Position numbers and translations under genes: made by a program. Positions 59,443 through 64,000 of a stretch of 64,000 bases of DNA are shown one piece after another (position 1 is the first letter of the stretch; each line of letters begins with the position of its first letter). The notes under the pieces are model-generated. The model was not told the origin of the DNA. It made no database searches and saw only the letters and a list, made by a program, of their open reading frames with translations. Origin of the DNA: an uncultured Lachnospiraceae bacterium (GTDB lineage Bacteria > Bacillota > Clostridia > Lachnospirales > Lachnospiraceae); contig CAJFOF010000061.1 in assembly GCA_904395885.1 (NCBI GenBank), positions 22,541 to 86,540 on the forward strand, given 5' to 3'.

Positions 59443-61140
59443 TTACTCTACAGACACCAGATAGTAGTAAATTGGCTGGCCGCCGTTCTGGAGTTCAACC
59501 TCGCATCCGGTAAATTTCTTCTGAACCTGCTCAAACAAGGCATTGGCATCCTCTTCGCTGACATCGCTTCCGTAATAAATGGTAATCAGCTCGGAATCCG
59601 GTTCTATCATAGCCTCCAACATGGCCAGGGCCGTACTTTCAATGGATTTTCCGACCGCCAGCATTCCCTTATCGCCGATTCCCATGATATCTCCCTCTGT
59701 GATATCCATTCCGTCGATGCTGGTAGTCCGAACTGCATAAGTGACCTGACCGGTTTTAACGCGGCTCATCTCCTCGGTCATGGTCGCTAAATTCTCTTCC
59801 GCCGAAAGATCCGGCATGAAATGAATCATGGCCGTGATTCCCTGGGGAACCGTCTTGCTGGGAACCACTACGATTTTTTTATCTTCTGTCAGGCTGGCAG
59901 CCTGCTCTGCCGCTAAAATGATATTTTTATTGTTGGGGAGAATAAAGATTGTTTCAGCGTTTACCTGATCAATGGCATTCAGCATATCCTCTGTGCTGGG
60001 ATTCATAGTCTGACCGCCTTCGATCAGATAGTCGGCTCCGATTCCTTTAAAGATCTCTCCCAATCCTTCCCCGATGGACACGGCAATAAAACCAAAGGCC
60101 TTTTTCGATTCCTGAACTTTGCTGGCAGCTTTCTTTTTTTGCTCTGCCTCTTCTGCAGCTTTCTGCTCTTTTGCTACCTTCTCTGCATTCTGAATCAGTC
60201 TCTCCTGATGCTCTTCCCGCATATTGTCCACCTTCATCCGGGACAGGGAACCGTAGGTAAGTGCCTTTTCAAAAGCGAGACCAGGATGGTTGGTATGAAC
60301 ATGAACCTTCACCACAGTTTCATCGGCAACTACTACGATAGAATCGCCGATGGACTCCAGATATTGTTTGAATTCGTGTTCCTGGTCCTCTGAAAATTCT
60401 TTTTCACTGTTGATAATAAATTCCGTACAATAGCCAAATTTGATATCAGCCGTTTCCAGGGCAGCTCCTGTCCCGGCTTTGGCGGCGGGCTTTGCCCCGG
60501 CATCTACTTCGGCCTCAAAAGCAATTTCTTTGCCCAAAAGACCGTCCAGGGCCCCCTTCATGACTTCCATCAGCCCCTGGCCGCCGGAGTCTACCACGCC
60601 GGCCTGTTTTAATACCGGAAGCATTTCCGGTGTCTGACTCAGCACATAATCGCCATGACGGATCACCTGGTCTGCCAGCTCAATGATATCCTCTGTCTGG
60701 CCAGCCATTTCTACCGCTTTATCTGCCATGCCTTTGGCCACTGTCAGAATAGTACCTTCTTTGGGTTTCATTACAGCCTTGTATGCTGTCTCCACAGCCC
60801 GGACGAAGGCATCTGCCAGTATCTGAGCGGTAATCATATCTGTCTTTTTGATTTCTTTTGTAAATCCACGGAACAGTTGGGACAGAATTACGCCGGAATT
60901 GCCCCTGGCGCCTCTGAGAGAGCCGGAAGAAATCGCTTTGGCCAGGCTCTCCATGGTAGGTTCCTCAAGAGCTGCTACTTCTTTGGCCGCCGACATGATC
61001 GTCATGGTCATATTGGTTCCCGTGTCTCCGTCCGGTACAGGAAACACGTTCAGTTCGTTGATCCATTCTTTTTTTGCCTCTAAATTCTTTGCGCCTGCCA
61101 AAAATGCCTTTTTTAGCATCCCGGCGTCAATCGTATTCAT
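59443..61140 (-). CDS. yloV: DAK2 domain-containing protein YloV (fatty-acid-kinase-like fusion)
   Basis: NVFPVPDGDTGTNM and RGNSGVILSQ (Dak2), plus a DegV/YloV C-terminal half. The start is taken at MNTIDAGML (ATG 61140). GTG 61146 or TTG 61167 are alternatives. Confidence 0.85.
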   Translation of the reverse strand: MNTIDAGMLKKAFLAGAKNLEAKKEWINELNVFPVPDGDTGTNMTMTIMSAAKEVAALEEPTMESLAKAISSGSLRGARGNSGVILSQLFRGFTKEIKKTDMITAQILADAFVRAVETAYKAVMKPKEGTILTVAKGMADKAVEMAGQTEDIIELADQVIRHGDYVLSQTPEMLPVLKQAGVVDSGGQGLMEVMKGALDGLLGKEIAFEAEVDAGAKPAAKAGTGAALETADIKFGYCTEFIINSEKEFSEDQEHEFKQYLESIGDSIVVVADETVVKVHVHTNHPGLAFEKALTYGSLSRMKVDNMREEHQERLIQNAEKVAKEQKAAEEAEQKKKAASKVQESKKAFGFIAVSIGEGLGEIFKGIGADYLIEGGQTMNPSTEDMLNAIDQVNAETIFILPNNKNIILAAEQAASLTEDKKIVVVPSKTVPQGITAMIHFMPDLSAEENLATMTEEMSRVKTGQVTYAVRTTSIDGMDITEGDIMGIGDKGMLAVGKSIESTALAMLEAMIEPDSELITIYYGSDVSEEDANALFEQVQKKFTGCEVELQNGGQPIYYYLVSVE

Positions 61141-61159
61141 ACCCACGGGTTTCTTCCTC

Positions 61160-61516
61160 CTAATCAATCACTCTTACGCCTTCAACGTAGATGTTTATCT
61201 TATCTACCGTCATACCGGTGAACTCTTCGACTTTGTATTTCACATTTTCAATCAGGTTATCAGAAACCGCGGAAATACTGACACCGTAGGCAACAATCAC
61301 ATGGAAATCAATGGAGATGTGGTTGTCCTGAACCTCCACATTGATTCCATGAGTCAGGCTTTCTCGTTTCAGAAGTTTGACCAGGCCGTCCTTCATGCTG
61401 ACGGCAGCCATTCCGACAATGCCAAAACATTCAACTGCCGTTGTGCCCGCATATAACGCAATCACATCAGGGTTTATCTGGATTTCGCCCAGCTTGTTAT
61501 TGATTCGTCCTTTCAT
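61160..61516 (-). CDS. Asp23/Gls24 family envelope stress protein
   Basis: GEIQINPDVIALYAGTTAVECFGIVGMA...VNIYVEGVRV. The start is at MKGRINNK (ATG 61516), with GGAGG upstream. Confidence 0.88.
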   Translation of the reverse strand: MKGRINNKLGEIQINPDVIALYAGTTAVECFGIVGMAAVSMKDGLVKLLKRESLTHGINVEVQDNHISIDFHVIVAYGVSISAVSDNLIENVKYKVEEFTGMTVDKINIYVEGVRVID

Positions 61517-61593
61517 AGACTTGCCTCCAATCTCTTGATAGAAATCAGTATACACTATTTTCAGGGAAAAAGAAATAAATTTTTAAAATTCAC

Positions 61594-61622
61594 TTGCAAA
61601 TTTTTCTACTTTCTGGTATCAT
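61594..61622 (+). promoter_or_regulatory. Sigma-A promoter of rpmB with extended -10
   Basis: TTGCAA (61594-61599), 17 nt spacer ending in TG, TATCAT (61617-61622). Confidence 0.6.
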
Positions 61623-61696
61623 ACAGTTGTTGTGGATTTTTGCGGTTGCTTATGGCTCCGCAGCAGGATCCAAGTAGCTTTTAAGGAGGTGCAATC

Positions 61697-61882
61697 ATGG
61701 CGAAATGTGCAATTTGCGAGAAAGCTGCTCACTTTGGTAACGCAGTGAGCCATTCCCATAGACGTTCTAACAAGATATGGAAAGCAAACGTAAAATCTGT
61801 TAAAGTAAAAGTAAACGGCGGCACTCAGAAGATGTACGTATGTACTTCCTGCTTACGTTCCGGATTAGTTGAAAGAGCTTAA
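61697..61882 (+). CDS. rpmB: 50S ribosomal protein L28
   Basis: MAKCAICEKAAHFGNAVSHSHRRSNKIWKANVKSVKV, 61 aa. Confidence 0.95.
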   Translation: MAKCAICEKAAHFGNAVSHSHRRSNKIWKANVKSVKVKVNGGTQKMYVCTSCLRSGLVERA

Positions 61883-61895
61883 TAAGATTTTTGTT

Positions 61896-61921
61896 CCCCG
61901 GCCAACCGGCCGGGGTATTTT
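61896..61921 (+). terminator. Rho-independent terminator of rpmB
   Basis: CCCCGGCC-AACC-GGCCGGGG followed by TATTTTT. Confidence 0.8.
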
Positions 61922-61933
61922 TGTGGAGGAATC

Positions 61934-62260
61934 ATGAATCTTGTCTTTTTAGAAGACTTACTGAATCAAGCCGTTGACTGTGCGATCCTTCTCTTTGAAT
62001 TGATGGGGGTTCTGGTCATTATTATTTCCGGTCTCCGCGGAATCTATGATTATGTCAAGAGAAATCCGATCATAAGGCTGAATCTGGCACAGGGGATGGC
62101 GCTGGGGCTGGAGTTTAAGCTGGGCAGCGAAATCCTGCGTACAGTGGTGGTTCGGGAATTTTCTGAAATCGCCACTGTAGCTGCAATCATCGCATTGCGG
62201 GCGGCCCTGACGTTTCTGATTCACTGGGAAATCAAAGTAGAAAAAGAATCTGAAAAATAA
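61934..62260 (+). CDS. DUF1622-like small membrane protein
   Basis: 108 aa with 2-3 TM helices: ...LAQGMALGLEFKLGSEILRT... Confidence 0.6.
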   Translation: MNLVFLEDLLNQAVDCAILLFELMGVLVIIISGLRGIYDYVKRNPIIRLNLAQGMALGLEFKLGSEILRTVVVREFSEIATVAAIIALRAALTFLIHWEIKVEKESEK

Positions 62261-62311
62261 AGAGAGGCGTAAGACGATCCGGTGTCAGCCAGAGCGTCTG
62301 CGCCTCATTTT

Positions 62312-62449
62312 CTAGCAGCTAAAAAGATTGTATCCAATTACCAGACAGCCTACAATAAATGCCAGAGTCCCGAAGGTTTCCGGTATGAACAGCAATACCG
62401 TCATGCCGGCGCCAAAACAGAACAGCATCAGCCCGCATACACGTTTCAT
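62312..62449 (-). CDS. Small hydrophobic protein (45 aa, 2 TM helices), not in the ORF track
   Basis: My own translation gives MKRVCGLMLFCFGAGMTVLLFIPETFGTLAFIVGCLVIGYNLFSC*. GGAGGA lies 5-10 nt upstream of ATG 62449-62447. It is on the same strand as ytfJ and 52 nt downstream of it. Confidence 0.5.
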   Translation of the reverse strand: MKRVCGLMLFCFGAGMTVLLFIPETFGTLAFIVGCLVIGYNLFSC

Positions 62450-62501
62450 ACAATCCTCCGTTTCGGATCTATATGACTATCCTATGCAGACAGCCAGAAA
62501 A

Positions 62502-62912
62502 CTATTCTGTCTGGGACATATCATCAGCCATCTTACGGGCGGTTTCTACTGCTTCCGGTGAAATCTCCTGGTCAAAGCCTTTTCCGCTCATAAACTTATT
62601 TACAAAATCCGGAACCATATCCAGTATTTTTGTCATAGCGTCCTGATTTTTGATATTGACCAGCTTTGTCACGCCGTTCTGGATGATGAGAATCGCGCTG
62701 GGACTCATCTTTGCATTCATCCCGCCGCCGCCGCTCTGCTTGGCGTCCCGGTTAAAGGCTCCTGCCGCCATCCCACAGGTGACGTCAATTAAAGGGAGAA
62801 TGATCGTATCCCCGACTTTTACCGCTTCCCCTACGACAGTCTTGGTCGTTACAAATTCATCCATTCCTTTGAACAATGACTCTATGGTTTCTGAAAAATG
62901 GTTTTCTGCCAT
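62502..62912 (-). CDS. ytfJ: GerW/YtfJ family sporulation protein
   Basis: ...KTVVGEAVKVGDTIILPLIDVTCGMAAG...PSAILIIQNGVTKLVNI, 136 aa. Confidence 0.85.
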   Translation of the reverse strand: MAENHFSETIESLFKGMDEFVTTKTVVGEAVKVGDTIILPLIDVTCGMAAGAFNRDAKQSGGGGMNAKMSPSAILIIQNGVTKLVNIKNQDAMTKILDMVPDFVNKFMSGKGFDQEISPEAVETARKMADDMSQTE

Positions 62913-62930
62913 ACATGATCCTCCTCTGTC

Positions 62931-63809
62931 CTACCGTTTTATCCAATTTATAACTTGGCCCCGAATGTTTTTATCCATCAGAAGGCGCAGGATACAGCTT
63001 ATCAGGACTCCAATCCGTATACGTCCTTTCAGCCATCCCTCTGCCTCAAAGATCTTTGTGTCAAATACCGGAAATACCTGGATTCGTTCACCGTAAAGGG
63101 GATAAAACAGCGCTGCATACTTTAGAATCACCCCTGTCAAGTAGGGGTCATCCAGACCAAACGTGATGCTTCCTTCTCCTTTTCTGGGAAGCAGATGTTT
63201 CACAGCTCTTTTTGACTGAGCCAATGCCAACTTCACAGATTGTTGATTTTCCTCGCTGCAGATCCAGGCCTTTACCTTGTCCCACCGGCGCCGAACTGAT
63301 TTCAGCTTATCATAAATCCGATTTAATGAAAAGCGGATTTTCTGGAACAGCTCCTTCCAATGGGACTGGTCCTTTTTTCGATCAGATGCTTTATCCTGAA
63401 AATCTTTCTGCGGTATTTTCTCCGAAGATTCTTCCGGCCTGGACTCAGGTGCCCGGTGAAGATTTTCCGGCTCTTTGTTCTGAATCTCCTGAATTCCAAC
63501 CATTGGCTCTTCGTCCCAGTTTTCCTCCTCCTGGGAGTCCGTCTCTTTGTCGGATGTCCAGACTCGGATTCCCAGGAACCGGGCGGTACCAAACTGTCCG
63601 GCTTCATTCCAGATTCCTGAAAAAGAAAAAAGCGGAAACAGCCACGATATTTTGATTTTTCCCTGGAATTTTCCCTGATGGAATGTTCCGTCTGCGCGGT
63701 AGCGAATAGCTCCAAACAGAACTGCAACCAAAATCGCCAGAAGAAGGCCCAAAAGGATGAGAAGGATCCAGAGGATTATTCTTAAAACAAACAGTATTAC
63801 TGAAAGCAT
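62931..63809 (-). CDS. DUF2953 family protein (YtfI-like sporulation protein)
   Basis: N-terminal TM helix, a Glu/Lys-rich centre, and a position immediately upstream of ytfJ as in the Bacillus ytfI-ytfJ pair. Confidence 0.65.
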   Translation of the reverse strand: MLSVILFVLRIILWILLILLGLLLAILVAVLFGAIRYRADGTFHQGKFQGKIKISWLFPLFSFSGIWNEAGQFGTARFLGIRVWTSDKETDSQEEENWDEEPMVGIQEIQNKEPENLHRAPESRPEESSEKIPQKDFQDKASDRKKDQSHWKELFQKIRFSLNRIYDKLKSVRRRWDKVKAWICSEENQQSVKLALAQSKRAVKHLLPRKGEGSITFGLDDPYLTGVILKYAALFYPLYGERIQVFPVFDTKIFEAEGWLKGRIRIGVLISCILRLLMDKNIRGQVINWIKR

Positions 63810-64000
63810 TAGGCCTGTTCCTCCAAAAACTCTGCCAAATCAAATCCTCCGGTCTTCTTGTACATATCATCTACTATCTGCCTGGCCACTTCCAAAGCTT
63901 CAAAATATCCCAGACCGATACCCAAAATCAGAAAATCCTGTTTCCTGTAATAGGGCAGAAGAAGTTCTGCCGACGGATAAATTTCAAGGATATTATTTCC
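63810..64000 (-). CDS. Hypothetical protein, C-terminal part only (the 5' end lies beyond the window)
   Basis: The open minus-strand frame ends ...LILGIGLGYFEALEVARQIVDDMYKKTGGFDLAEFLEEQA*. Its TAA abuts the ATG of the next gene. Confidence 0.4.

Noticed and set aside
61623-61696. Possible structured autoregulatory leader in the rpmB 5' UTR (TGCGG...CCGCA).
   Set aside because: Only a short 5 bp stem can be drawn by eye and I know of no matching leader family. This is too weak to claim without covariation analysis.
62282-62476. 64 aa plus-strand ORF between the DUF1622 gene and ytfJ.
   Set aside because: It has no SD and an odd composition. The opposite strand encodes a better-supported small hydrophobic ORF with GGAGGA.

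Overview
This is a 64 kb chromosomal segment from a spore-forming Firmicute, about 50% GC. Gene content and synteny suggest Clostridia, possibly Lachnospiraceae, but that assignment is tentative. Coding density is very high, about 80% of genes are on the minus strand, and almost everything is core metabolism or housekeeping.

Gene content, left to right:
- A peptide uptake and degradation locus: S9 peptidase, EamA transporter, Opp/Dpp-type ABC importer, MarR regulator and a divergent M20 peptidase.
- A two-component system.
- A maltose/maltodextrin locus: LacI-type regulator, a PTS permease with EIIA-EIIC-EIIB domain order, a MapP-like phosphatase and MalQ.
- A LysR regulator and the complete F1Fo ATP synthase operon (atpBEFHAGDC).
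- PepT and a histidine operon, hisZ-G-D-B-A plus a HisF-like::HisIE fusion.
- RecU, a YtrA-type GntR/ABC module and two HD hydrolases.
- An ECF sigma with an RsiV-like anti-sigma factor, TrpS, an L,D-transpeptidase and several RNA-modification enzymes.
- YgiQ, an M23 peptidase, the ylbJ-coaD-rsmD block, a SASP gene, RecG, YloV/Asp23, L28 and the ytfI/ytfJ sporulation genes.

I found no tRNA, rRNA, CRISPR array, IS element, prophage or recognisable defence system, and no convincing novel multi-gene system.

The observations most worth following up:
1. An identical ECF-type promoter (GCAAC-N17-CGTCTAAC) lies in front of the sigma factor gene and in front of an uncharacterised secreted tandem-domain protein 3.7 kb away.
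2. A roughly 70 nt promoter-plus-hairpin leader module recurs upstream of two unrelated genes.
3. A catalytically degenerate HisF-like domain is fused to HisIE in a his operon that lacks hisH, hisF and hisC.
4. The maltose PTS/MapP-like/MalQ wiring has an unusual EII domain order.
5. There are several gene-decay scars: reciprocal AraC/sulfatase truncation, a LacI remnant, a P-loop kinase pseudogene and an in-frame amber codon in an ABC membrane partner.
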